The position numbers were made by a program, and so were the translations under genes. Below are positions 11,065 through 20,055 of a stretch of DNA of 64,000 nt, in pieces. The notes under the pieces are model-generated. The model worked only from the letters and a program-made list of their open reading frames with translations, ran no database searches and was not told where the DNA came from. The first letter of the stretch is position 1, and each line of letters opens with the position of its first letter. Where the stretch lies: the NCBI GenBank assembly GCA_900617105.1, contig UYFQ01000001.1, positions 4,588,001-4,652,000 on the forward strand, given 5' to 3'. The stretch comes from Hydrurus foetidus. Its lineage: Eukaryota.

Positions 11065-11893
11065 CTGAATTTTCGGTCACGTAGTTTTTAAATTGGCTAT
11101 TTATATAGTCTTCAATTCGAACAAATTCACCAGTCCAAATTTCACGCAGGCGAGTCGTGTCAGCGCGCGAATACTCGGCTTCGCGCGATAGGCCAGGTTG
11201 AATTACAAGCTTTGGGAACTGCGCTTTGACCATGGCGACAAGGCTGGCGACTTTGGTTGCCACGCCCGTGCCCACATTTAGGTGAGTTGCGTTGATGTCG
11301 GTAGTAGCCAGTTTCATCACGATGGCAGCAACATCGCTAATGTGAATAAAGTCGCGCAACATGCGGCCGTCGTTATTAAGCGTAAAGGGCGCGCCAGACA
11401 AAAGCGATTTTTTGAGTTTGCTCAAAATAGAAAAGTTGTCACGTCCACCGTAAGAATTAAATACGCGCAAGACTTGATAGTCAATAGCGTTGGCCGTGCA
11501 AAACTCCGCAATCAATTTTTCGTTCAAGTGTTTTGAAATGCCGTTAATACTGATGGGGCAGCACAAGCTGTTTTCAGCCGTGGTCATGTCTTCGCCATAA
11601 ACGGCGCAGCTGCTTAAAAAGACAAATTTTTTAACGCCATGATCACGTGAAGCTTCAAGCAGCGTGGCGGTGGACATGAGGTTAGAGTTCAGAAGCTGAG
11701 TAGGCCGCAGGCTGGCAGGTGTGCGAAGGTCACTTGCGGCGTGCACCACCACGCTGGCAGACGCCAGCTTTTTATCAATATCTGCCCAGTCGTGGCGCCC
11801 GACAGGTGTCACCACAACGTGTGGGCTACTCCGGGCTTGCCGACAAAATTCGGCACCAAAATTACCTTGTGCACCCGTTAGCAAAATATTCAT
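11054..11893 (-). CDS. NAD-dependent epimerase/dehydratase family protein
   Basis: ILLTGAQGNFG, FLSSCAVYG, LRVFNSYG, RDFIHISD. The YxxxK motif reads NGISK. Confidence 0.85.
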   Translation of the reverse strand: MNILLTGAQGNFGAEFCRQARSSPHVVVTPVGRHDWADIDKKLASASVVVHAASDLRTPASLRPTQLLNSNLMSTATLLEASRDHGVKKFVFLSSCAVYGEDMTTAENSLCCPISINGISKHLNEKLIAEFCTANAIDYQVLRVFNSYGGRDNFSILSKLKKSLLSGAPFTLNNDGRMLRDFIHISDVAAIVMKLATTDINATHLNVGTGVATKVASLVAMVKAQFPKLVIQPGLSREAEYSRADTTRLREIWTGEFVRIEDYINSQFKNYVTENSVTF

Positions 11894-11952
11894 GGCCTGC
11901 CTGTTGATTTAAAAATGCGGTCGCCAACTACATTGCCCCAGCAACCAGCTGT

Positions 11953-12879
11953 TTATGCCACTAACTTGAAGTGTTTTCTGCTGAAGTCCAACCCGGTTGC
12001 AGTTTCAATCTGCCTCATCAAGTGATACTTATTTTCTTTAGGCGTTGGCTTGTAGTCTGGGTCAATCAGCAAAGTTTGTTCGGCCCCAGTCTTGAGCCAG
12101 TGCGCCACAGCTTTTGGGTGTGTGCCAGTAAATGGCGCAAGCGCACGCGGATCAAACTGGCTGTATTTGACTTGCGGCGGTGGGGTTGCCCAATACTTGC
12201 CGACTTGGTCTAATTTTTTCTGCATATCTTCATTGCGGCGAATCCAGCCGTAATGGTAAATGTGCGCATTGGCAAGTGCCGCATGTGGGTTGCGGCCCCG
12301 CTTGTGTTCTTTCATCACCAGCCAGTATTGTCCGTCGGGGGCGAAGGTGCGAATGGTGTTGCGAACCAGGCGGCACTCCCGTCGGTACCAACCCGGGCTA
12401 ATTGAGATCCAGTCGGGAGAGCCGTAGAAATGTTTGTAGTCAAACACCAAGGCTTCTACGGCCGGGTTGTCGTGATAGCGCTTCACGCTGGTACGGATCG
12501 TATCAATGTCTTGCTCATGAACGATTTCATCGCCTTCCAGGTAAAAAGCCCAGTCGCCAACGCATGAATATTGCGCAATCATTTTTTGCTGTGCATAGAC
12601 AAAGCCACGATCAGACATGCCCTCATTCCATAGCGTTTCAATAATGCGAATTTTAGGATCGCCAATGGCTTGGACTCTCGCCAATGTGTCGTCTGATCCT
12701 TTTCCTACCGCCACCACAAACTCATCAACCAGTGGCAACAGTGACCTAATCGATGCTTCAAACGGAAAGCCAAGCTCTACGCCGTTGCGAATGAAGGTAA
12801 ATCCACTGATTGAAATATGCGCTTTGACAGCGCCGTTACCGAGCGCTGGTGCACTTGGCAAATTGCTTGCTTTGGTCAT
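11953..12879 (-). CDS. glycosyltransferase family 2-like protein
   Basis: ISGFTFIRNG...SIRSLLPLVDEFVVAVGKGSDDT, WAFYLEGDE, IYHYGW. Confidence 0.78.
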   Translation of the reverse strand: MTKASNLPSAPALGNGAVKAHISISGFTFIRNGVELGFPFEASIRSLLPLVDEFVVAVGKGSDDTLARVQAIGDPKIRIIETLWNEGMSDRGFVYAQQKMIAQYSCVGDWAFYLEGDEIVHEQDIDTIRTSVKRYHDNPAVEALVFDYKHFYGSPDWISISPGWYRRECRLVRNTIRTFAPDGQYWLVMKEHKRGRNPHAALANAHIYHYGWIRRNEDMQKKLDQVGKYWATPPPQVKYSQFDPRALAPFTGTHPKAVAHWLKTGAEQTLLIDPDYKPTPKENKYHLMRQIETATGLDFSRKHFKLVA

Positions 12880-12890
12880 GTTTGTTTGTT

Positions 12891-14654
12891 TTATTGAGCT
12901 GCAAAACCAAGGCGATAAAGATGAGCGTAAGCGCCGTTTTTTGCGAGCAATTCGGCGTGAGTGCCGACCTCAAGAATTCGGCCTGCGTTCATCACTGCAA
13001 TGCGGCTGGCGTGTTGAATGGTTGACAGCCGATGCGCGATCACTATGCAAGTTCTACCCGTTGTCAGCCGTCTGATGGCAGTCTGCACGGCTTGTTCAGA
13101 TTCGGTGTCAAGTGCAGAAGTGGCCTCGTCGAGAATTAGCAGTGGTGCGTCTTTGTATAGGGCCCGAGCAATTGCCAGGCGCTGACGCTGCCCCCCTGAC
13201 AGCTGTATGGCGTTGTGACCCAACACGGTATCTATGCCTTGCGGGAGCTCGGCAATCAGCGCTGATAAGTTGGCCGCTTCCAGGCACTGCACTGCTTTGT
13301 GCTGGTCGTATGCTTGGCCCAACGACACGTTAAGACCAATGCTCGTGTTGAGCATCACGACGTGCTGGCTGACCACCGCGAACTGGGACCGCAGCGATGC
13401 TAGGTTCCACTGCGAAACAGATACTTCGTCCAGGCTAATTTGGCCGGCGCTGGCCTCTACAAAACGCGGCAGTAAATTGGCCAATGTGGTTTTGCCAGAA
13501 CCAGAACTGCCCACCAAGGCCAGCGTTTCACCCGGCTTGATGGTCAAGTTAATGTTGTCAAGAGCGAGCGCTCCGCCTATCTTGTAAGAGGCATTGACGT
13601 TGGAAAATTCGATTGCCCCCCGCGCACGGTCGACCGCAAAGCTCCCGCCCATTTCGTCGGCCACATCATCAATCAAGTCGAGTCCACGCTCGAGCGCAGC
13701 CAGCCCGCGGGTAATTGGCGTGGCACCATCGGACAGACTTTTGATAGGCGCAATCAGCAGCAGCATTGCGGTTACAAAAGCGACAAATCCGCCGACGGTG
13801 GTTGTGTTTTCTGAGCTTTGCAGCAGCGCCGTTGATATGACCGCGGACAGCGCTAACGCGGCCAGCAGTTGCGTGATGGCGCTCATGCCGGCGTAGGCAA
13901 CGGTGGCTTTTATTGACAACCTGCTGAGCAATTGACTCACTGTGTGAAAACGCTGCGCTTGGGTGGGTTGTGCGCCGTGAAGACGAATATCGCGATGCGC
14001 CAGTACGTTTTCTTCTACGACGTAGGCCAGGTTGTCGGTAGCAACCTGGCTTTGCTTCGTAAGCCGGTAAAGCCTTTTGGTCAGTAACTGAATCACCAGC
14101 GCCACAGCTGGAAACAACAGGGAAACCAGCAGCATGAGCTTCCAGTTTAAAAACAACAAATAGGCAATCAAGGCAATCAGCGTTAGAAGGTCACGCGCAA
14201 GTTTTAGCAGTGCGTTCATCAGCATGGCAGAGCCGTTGAACACTTCGTAGACAACGGTATTGGCCATGGTGCTCGATGACAAGTTTTCAAACAGCGCCAA
14301 GCGGGACGTCAGCAGCTTGTCAAACATGGCGGTGCGCATGGCCAGCATGCCGTCATTGGTTACTTTGGCCAATGCATATTGCGCTAAAAACCCAGACACT
14401 CCCCGCACCGTGAATAGCAAAATCAGCGCAAGCGGAACCAGCCAGAGGTTAAACGAGTCCTTTTGAAAGCCGCGGTCCAGCAGGGGCTTGAGCAAAGCGG
14501 GAATAAACGGCTCGGTAATTGCCGCTGTGACCGTTGCGCCTACGGCCAGCACCCAGGCGCCACGAGAGTGGCTGAAATAAGGGCAAATACGTTTTAGCTT
14601 GCTGCGCAGTGATTTAGCGGGCAGGGTTAAAGCGCTGGCGTTTAAGTCGGTCAC
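12891..14654 (-). CDS. msbA: lipid A export ABC transporter (permease/ATPase)
   Basis: N-terminal TM domain, GSSGSGKT, LSGGQRQRLAIARALYKDAPLLILDEATSALD. LPS gene context. Confidence 0.88.
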   Translation of the reverse strand: MTDLNASALTLPAKSLRSKLKRICPYFSHSRGAWVLAVGATVTAAITEPFIPALLKPLLDRGFQKDSFNLWLVPLALILLFTVRGVSGFLAQYALAKVTNDGMLAMRTAMFDKLLTSRLALFENLSSSTMANTVVYEVFNGSAMLMNALLKLARDLLTLIALIAYLLFLNWKLMLLVSLLFPAVALVIQLLTKRLYRLTKQSQVATDNLAYVVEENVLAHRDIRLHGAQPTQAQRFHTVSQLLSRLSIKATVAYAGMSAITQLLAALALSAVISTALLQSSENTTTVGGFVAFVTAMLLLIAPIKSLSDGATPITRGLAALERGLDLIDDVADEMGGSFAVDRARGAIEFSNVNASYKIGGALALDNINLTIKPGETLALVGSSGSGKTTLANLLPRFVEASAGQISLDEVSVSQWNLASLRSQFAVVSQHVVMLNTSIGLNVSLGQAYDQHKAVQCLEAANLSALIAELPQGIDTVLGHNAIQLSGGQRQRLAIARALYKDAPLLILDEATSALDTESEQAVQTAIRRLTTGRTCIVIAHRLSTIQHASRIAVMNAGRILEVGTHAELLAKNGAYAHLYRLGFAAQ

Positions 14655-15931
14655 GCTATCGCTCCAGCCGGGTTTTCGCTTGTCACATTTCTAACGGCGA
14701 TCGAGGCGGGCCTTTGTATTCCAAGCGCCAGCATCAATCCGAAAGCTACACAGAAAAAGTCGCCAATATGGGCATCGTACAGCGCTGAATTAAAGAGGCA
14801 GGTGACCGCAAAAGCTGCCAGCACAGACTGGGTTGCTCTGGCAAACGGGGGGTCCATTCGCAAGCTGTCTCTAAGTATGCAGGCCATCAGGCCGATAAAT
14901 AGCAACACACCCGCCACACCAAGTTGCACGCCCCACTGAAGGTATTCCTGGTGTGTGTTGGCATTGGTTGTCACATTCACGTAGGCCGGGTTTTGTTCGC
15001 GCTGCCTAATGTCGTACTGGTGGTTCCAGTTGCCTAGGCCGAAGCCTTTAACTGGTTCCATCGCAATCATTTGCAAGGCGCGGCGCCACAAGCTTAGCCG
15101 GATACCTGATGACGTGTCGGCTTGGTGAGTTGTAGAAAACAATTGCACCTCAGTTACTACCGCACTCAAGCGTTTATTAACCTTCGCCGAACTTAACGAT
15201 AAAACCCCAACCAGGACGAACGGTAAAACCACCACCGCTAACCGCAGTTTTTTTGGCAATTGCCACATGATTGCCAGCGACAGCAAGGCAATGGCAACTA
15301 AATGCCCGGTTCTGCCGATCAGCACAAACAGAACGTTCACCATTGCCAGCGCCGCAACGGTGATAGCCAAACCGCGCGTCCACTTGTTGGGCGCCAGCCC
15401 GCGAAGGTGCCAAAACAAGGCAGCGGTTACTGAACTCATGATGCTTTGGTCAAGGTACGCCGAGAACACGCTGAAATGCGTTAAAGCCATGTTAGACGTA
15501 GCCCACGGCACGGGAACGCCGAAGTAAAGCGCCCAAGAAGCCAGCAGCAATGCGGTTTGCGTAAACAAAAAAGCGGCCAGCGCGTAAAGGCCCTCAGCGC
15601 GGGTGCGAATAAGGGCCATCAAGACAACGATAGTTAGCAGTTTGCCGTACTTGCCCAGCGAATTGAGTCCCTCTGCTATCGGCCCGTTTGTCCAAAGCAG
15701 GCTGGCGCTGCAAATGCCCAACATCACCAAGACAGCAACGGGAACGTAACTTTGCGTCAACATTTGCCGAGCAGGCTGGGCGCGGCTAATCTGTAGCAAG
15801 CTGAGCAAACTGAAAATAGCAGTTACAAAAAGCAATAACTTTGCTACGCTGATCAGCGCAATGGATAGCCCCACCGAGGCTGCCGCGAAGCAAATCACGG
15901 GGACTCGCAGATTGAATTTTGGTGTGCGCAA
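14651..15931 (-). CDS. O-antigen ligase (WaaL/Wzy_C) family membrane protein
   Basis: Multiple TM segments, GRTG, TSSGIRLSLW, GFGLG, THQEYL...GV. Confidence 0.8.
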   Translation of the reverse strand: MRTPKFNLRVPVICFAAASVGLSIALISVAKLLLFVTAIFSLLSLLQISRAQPARQMLTQSYVPVAVLVMLGICSASLLWTNGPIAEGLNSLGKYGKLLTIVVLMALIRTRAEGLYALAAFLFTQTALLLASWALYFGVPVPWATSNMALTHFSVFSAYLDQSIMSSVTAALFWHLRGLAPNKWTRGLAITVAALAMVNVLFVLIGRTGHLVAIALLSLAIMWQLPKKLRLAVVVLPFVLVGVLSLSSAKVNKRLSAVVTEVQLFSTTHQADTSSGIRLSLWRRALQMIAMEPVKGFGLGNWNHQYDIRQREQNPAYVNVTTNANTHQEYLQWGVQLGVAGVLLFIGLMACILRDSLRMDPPFARATQSVLAAFAVTCLFNSALYDAHIGDFFCVAFGLMLALGIQRPASIAVRNVTSENPAGAIA

Positions 15932-16060
15932 AGCTGCCCTAGGTATTCGTTCAATTCTTATTATCGGGGATTGAGGGTCTGCTTTTTACAGCGGCCAGCG
16001 CATTGGTGCCGCTTGAAATTCTTAAGGCCTCTTTTTTGCCGCAATAGTGGCAATATGCGG

Positions 16061-16107
16061 GCTTTAGCCCAATCAATTTAGGCGTGAGCAGCTACGAATA
16101 AAGTAGC
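16061..16107 (+). repeat. dispersed ~50-bp repeat, copy 2 (intergenic)
   Basis: tttagcccaatcaatttaGGCGTGAGCAGCTACgaataaaGTAGC. Confidence 0.85.
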
Positions 16108-16125
16108 GCTTTGACTACAAGAAAG

Positions 16126-16165
16126 CTGTCACGTTAATGCCGCGAAGTTGACATAATCTTGTCAC
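16126..16165 (+). promoter_or_regulatory. Pho-box array upstream of the olsB-like gene
   Basis: TGTCAC (16127), TGCCGC (16138), TGACAT (16149), TGTCAC (16160). Exact 11-bp period, resembling the PhoB half-site CTGTCAT. Confidence 0.7.
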
Positions 16166-16294
16166 CCCTTCCTTTCACAATCCAAAGTGTGACGTAGTTG
16201 GGCTGCATCTAGGTTGGCATTGTTTGATGACTTAGTGACCTTGATTGCGTATGCCCAAGGTGTTCAATCGAGGAAAAAACCAAGGAGTCCCGCC

Positions 16295-17167
16295 ATGAAA
16301 GAACTGCCAAACCCTACCTTTGCCCTGTCCCCCGTGGCGTTGCCACAAGTTATTCGGGGGTCACTTTGTCCAAGCGATCACACTGACATTTGCAGCCCTG
16401 TTCAAAAGCCCGCCGCCGGGAAAATAACGGTCAGCTGGGCGAGGCATCAAGAAGAGGTCCGCGCAGCGCAGCGCCTGAGGTACCAGGTATTTGCAGTTGA
16501 AATGGGTGCGAACCTGCCCAATACATTGGCTGGCCACGACATTGACTTGTTTGACGACTACTGCGAACACCTGCTTGTGCGCAATGAATACAGCAACGAG
16601 GTGATTGGCACGTACCGTGTACTGACACCAACTCAAGCCAAACGAGCAGGCAGTACCTACAGCGACACCGAGTTTGACCTGACGCGGCTTAGGTCGTTGC
16701 GAGCGCGTATGGTCGAGCTGGGCCGAAGCTGCGTGCATATTGATCACCGCTCAGGCGGCGTGATTTTGGCGTTGTGGGGTGCACTGGCTGAGTTCATGGC
16801 GCGCAACCAGCTCGACACCATGATCGGCTGCGCAAGTATCCCTATGCAGACCAGTGGCACGACCAGCGGCCAGGCAGCGGCCAGCATCTGGCGGCAGGTC
16901 AAACAAACTCATCTCGCCCCCATTGAGTATCACGTCACCCCGCGCCTGGCTTTGCCGGTCGACAAGCTCGATGGTTCGCTGAACATTGATCCACCGGCGC
17001 TGATTCGCGGTTATTTGCGTTTGGGAGCCAAGGTGATTGGTGCGCCTGCTTGGGACCCTGACTTCAATTCCGCCGACTTGCCGATGATGATGCGGATTGC
17101 AGATTTGCCGCCTCGCTACCTGAAGCATTTCACGGGGCAGCAAACCTTGCCGTCCGCCGCCCCGTGA
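16295..17167 (+). CDS. GNAT family N-acyltransferase, OlsB-like (ornithine lipid synthesis)
   Basis: AQRLRYQVFAVEMGA, DLFDDYCEHLLV, GTYRVL, ELGRSCVH..R, PPALIRGYLRLGAKV.G.PAWDPDF. AGGAG RBS before ATG 16295. Confidence 0.8.
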   Translation: MKELPNPTFALSPVALPQVIRGSLCPSDHTDICSPVQKPAAGKITVSWARHQEEVRAAQRLRYQVFAVEMGANLPNTLAGHDIDLFDDYCEHLLVRNEYSNEVIGTYRVLTPTQAKRAGSTYSDTEFDLTRLRSLRARMVELGRSCVHIDHRSGGVILALWGALAEFMARNQLDTMIGCASIPMQTSGTTSGQAAASIWRQVKQTHLAPIEYHVTPRLALPVDKLDGSLNIDPPALIRGYLRLGAKVIGAPAWDPDFNSADLPMMMRIADLPPRYLKHFTGQQTLPSAAP

Positions 17168-17174
17168 TGTTCAC

Positions 17175-17340
17175 CGCACTTGACGTTTTGAGGGCGGCAC
17201 GCTGCAAGCTGATTTGCAGCAGGCTACGTACCAAGCGCTGGCCACCCCACGTCACGAGGCTCGGCGGCGTTCGCTAGACTTCAGCTGGACCAACGCAGCG
17301 CAGTTGTTTGAGAGCTTTCTTGTGCCTGGGCAGGCGACTA
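17175..17340 (+). pseudogene. C-terminal remnant of a GT4 glycosyltransferase
   Basis: Reads (ALDVL, in another frame)...GGTLQADLQQATYQALATPRHEARRRSLDFSWTNAAQLFESFL, resembling a GT4 C-terminus. No N-terminal part or start codon. Confidence 0.6.
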
Positions 17341-17370
17341 ATACTTTGGGTTCCGCCTCAATAAACGCGG

Positions 17371-17388
17371 TTGTCACACCACTGTCAT
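17371..17388 (+). promoter_or_regulatory. Pho box upstream of ppk1
   Basis: TTGTCAC-acca-CTGTCAT, with 11-bp spacing. Confidence 0.8.
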
Positions 17389-17471
17389 CAAATTTGTAAA
17401 CACTGTGGGTAGATTGTTAAATACCAATTTGCTATTTTTTAAACAGAACAACATAGATTGTTGCAACTTAC

Positions 17472-19559
17472 TTGTCTATCTCAAGCTCACCACTCTCCCC
17501 GACATCAGTCCCGTTTCTAGACCGGGACCACAGTATTCTTGCTTTCAACGAGCGGGTTTTAGACTGGGCGAAGCGCCCTGATGTTCCATTGCTCGAACGG
17601 CTGCGTTACTTGTGTATTGTTTCGTCCAATCTCGATGAGTTTTTTGAGGTTAGGGCAGCCCCGCATCTGACTGCAGCCCAAGCTAACGAGCACAAAGGCT
17701 TGTACACCCAAGCGTCCTTTATTACCCTGTCGGGCGCAGCGCACGACATGGTGGCTCGACAATATTCGCTGTACAACGATGACTTGTTGCCGGAGTTTGC
17801 GAAGCAGGGCATCCGTATCGTGTCGCATGGCGAGCGAAACGCCGCTCAACGGCGTTGGGTTAAAGCGTATTTTGAAAAAGAAGTTCGGCCTTTGCTCATA
17901 CCCGTCGGGCTTGACCCTTCGCATCCGTTTCCGCAAGTTGCGAACAAGTCGCTGAACTTTATTGTTCGCTTGAGCGGACTCGACGCATTTGGCCGCGAGA
18001 ACGACATCGCTATTGTCAAAGTGCCGCGGGTTTTGCCGCGCTTTATTCACATGCCAAGCCGCCACGCCGGCAAAAACTCTTTTTACGTTTCGCTATCGAG
18101 TGTGATCAGAGCGCACCTGGCAGAGCTCTTTCCGGGTCGGGCGGTAGGGCAGTTTTCGCAGTTCCGGGTTACGCGGCACTCTGACCTGGCGGTGGATGAA
18201 GACGACGTTCAGAACTTGCGCACCGCCCTGCGCCAAGGGCTTGAGCAGCGCCATTATGGGCAAGCCGTGCGGCTGGAGGTGTCAGCCGGTTGCTCAGAGT
18301 ATTTGTCCGCGTTTTTACTTAAACAATTTAACCTGCCCGAGCTGGCTTTGTACCGCGTACATGGCCCCGTTAACCTGGTGCGGCTAACGCAGATTGTGGA
18401 CCTGGTCAACGACCCAAAGCTGCTATTTCCAACTTACAACGCTTGCTACCCAACCCAGCTGGTGCAGGGGCAATCTTTTTTTGAACGGCTCAAGCAAGGT
18501 GATGTGTCGATTCATCAGCCGTTTGAGAGCTTTGACGGCGTGCTGGCTTTTTTGCGTGAAGCCGTGAATGACCCGCAGGTACTGGCCATCAAACAAACCA
18601 TTTACCGCACCGGCACTGATTCAGAGTTGATGTTGTTGCTGCGCGAAGCAGTGCGGCGCGGCAAAGAAGTTACCGTAGTGGTGGAATTGAAGGCGCGCTT
18701 TGATGAAGAAGCGAACATTAACTGGGCCGAGATGCTGGAGTCGATTGGCGCGCAGGTGGTGTACGGCGTGGTAGGCCTGAAAACCCACGCAAAAATGCTG
18801 CTGGTTACCCGCCGTGAAGGACGCCAGCTGGTGCGCTATGGGCATTTGTCTACTGGCAACTACAACCCTCGCACTGCGCGGCTGTACACCGACGTCAGCT
18901 ACCTGACAGCCGAGCCATTGTTGACACTGGACATGGACAACGTATTTGTTCACTTGGCCAGCCAAAGCAAGTTGCCCAAGTTGCATCACTTGCTGATGGC
19001 ACCGTTTCAATTGCAGCGCAAGCTGATTGAGAAAATAGACGCGCTGGGACTGGCCGCACGCTCTGGAAAAGACACGCGAATCGTAGCCAAAATGAATGCG
19101 TTGACTGACGAAGCTTTGATGCTCTCGTTGGTGAAAGCGGGCCAGTGCGGCGTGAAAATTCATCTCATTGTGCGAGGCGCTTGCATGCTGCCTGCGCAAG
19201 TGCCGGGCATCACCGACAACATTCGCGTGCGGTCGGTGATTGGGCATTTTTTAGAGCATTCGCGGGTGTTTTACTTTCGCAGCGGCAGCGAAGAAACACT
19301 TTTATTGTCAAGCGCCGACTGGATGAACCGCAACATGCTGCGGCGCATCGAACTGGCATGGCCAGTCACTGACAAAAAGATTCGCCAGCGCATCATTGAC
19401 GAATGCTTGGTGGCGTACTTGCATGACGGCGTAGACGCCTGGGACTTGCTAAGCGATGGCCACTACGCGCGAGTTAAAGCCGGCCTTCACGGCAAAGGCT
19501 ACAGCGCGCAGGCTGCCTTAGCGGCGCGCTACGCGCTGGCCGCACAGGTGAAAAAATAG
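17472..19559 (+). CDS. ppk1: polyphosphate kinase 1
   Basis: SSNLDEFFEVR, SHPFP, AIKQTIYRT, ELKARFDEEANINWA, KTHAK, LEHSR, SADWMNRN. Confidence 0.96.
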   Translation: MSISSSPLSPTSVPFLDRDHSILAFNERVLDWAKRPDVPLLERLRYLCIVSSNLDEFFEVRAAPHLTAAQANEHKGLYTQASFITLSGAAHDMVARQYSLYNDDLLPEFAKQGIRIVSHGERNAAQRRWVKAYFEKEVRPLLIPVGLDPSHPFPQVANKSLNFIVRLSGLDAFGRENDIAIVKVPRVLPRFIHMPSRHAGKNSFYVSLSSVIRAHLAELFPGRAVGQFSQFRVTRHSDLAVDEDDVQNLRTALRQGLEQRHYGQAVRLEVSAGCSEYLSAFLLKQFNLPELALYRVHGPVNLVRLTQIVDLVNDPKLLFPTYNACYPTQLVQGQSFFERLKQGDVSIHQPFESFDGVLAFLREAVNDPQVLAIKQTIYRTGTDSELMLLLREAVRRGKEVTVVVELKARFDEEANINWAEMLESIGAQVVYGVVGLKTHAKMLLVTRREGRQLVRYGHLSTGNYNPRTARLYTDVSYLTAEPLLTLDMDNVFVHLASQSKLPKLHHLLMAPFQLQRKLIEKIDALGLAARSGKDTRIVAKMNALTDEALMLSLVKAGQCGVKIHLIVRGACMLPAQVPGITDNIRVRSVIGHFLEHSRVFYFRSGSEETLLLSSADWMNRNMLRRIELAWPVTDKKIRQRIIDECLVAYLHDGVDAWDLLSDGHYARVKAGLHGKGYSAQAALAARYALAAQVKK

Positions 19560-19580
19560 CATCAACAAGGAAACGGTTGT

Positions 19581-20054
19581 ATGGACCTGATCTTGTGGCG
19601 ACATGCTGAGGCAGAAGATGGCAGCCTTGATGAGGCTCAAGCGCTGCTGGATATGGATCGCTCGCTGACTCCACGCGGCGAAAAGCAGGCCCTGCGCATG
19701 GCCGCATGGCTAGACAGGCAGTTGCCTGAAGGTACGAGGATTTGGGTCAGCCCAGCCAGGCGCTGCGAGCAAACTGCCTTGGCACTTGGGCGTAAATACA
19801 AAGTGCGGGCTGAGTTGGCGCCTGGCGCTACCGTTGCCCAGTTGCTAGAACTTGCGCAATGGCCGCTTAACAAGTACCCGGTGTTGTTGATAGGTCACCA
19901 ACCCACGCTGGGGCAAACGATTGCGCAACTTTTGGGGCTGAAAGAAAGCGAATGTGCGGTTAAAAAGGGCGCACTGTGGTGGCTGCGTAATCGGGAGCGT
20001 GAGGGCCTGAGTCAAACCGTGATCGTCACGGTGCAGTCGCCTGAGGTTCTTTAA
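19581..20054 (+). CDS. sixA: SixA-type histidine phosphatase
   Basis: LILWRHAEAE, SPARRCEQTA, LIGHQP. Confidence 0.85.
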   Translation: MDLILWRHAEAEDGSLDEAQALLDMDRSLTPRGEKQALRMAAWLDRQLPEGTRIWVSPARRCEQTALALGRKYKVRAELAPGATVAQLLELAQWPLNKYPVLLIGHQPTLGQTIAQLLGLKESECAVKKGALWWLRNREREGLSQTVIVTVQSPEVL

Positions 20055-20055
20055 C

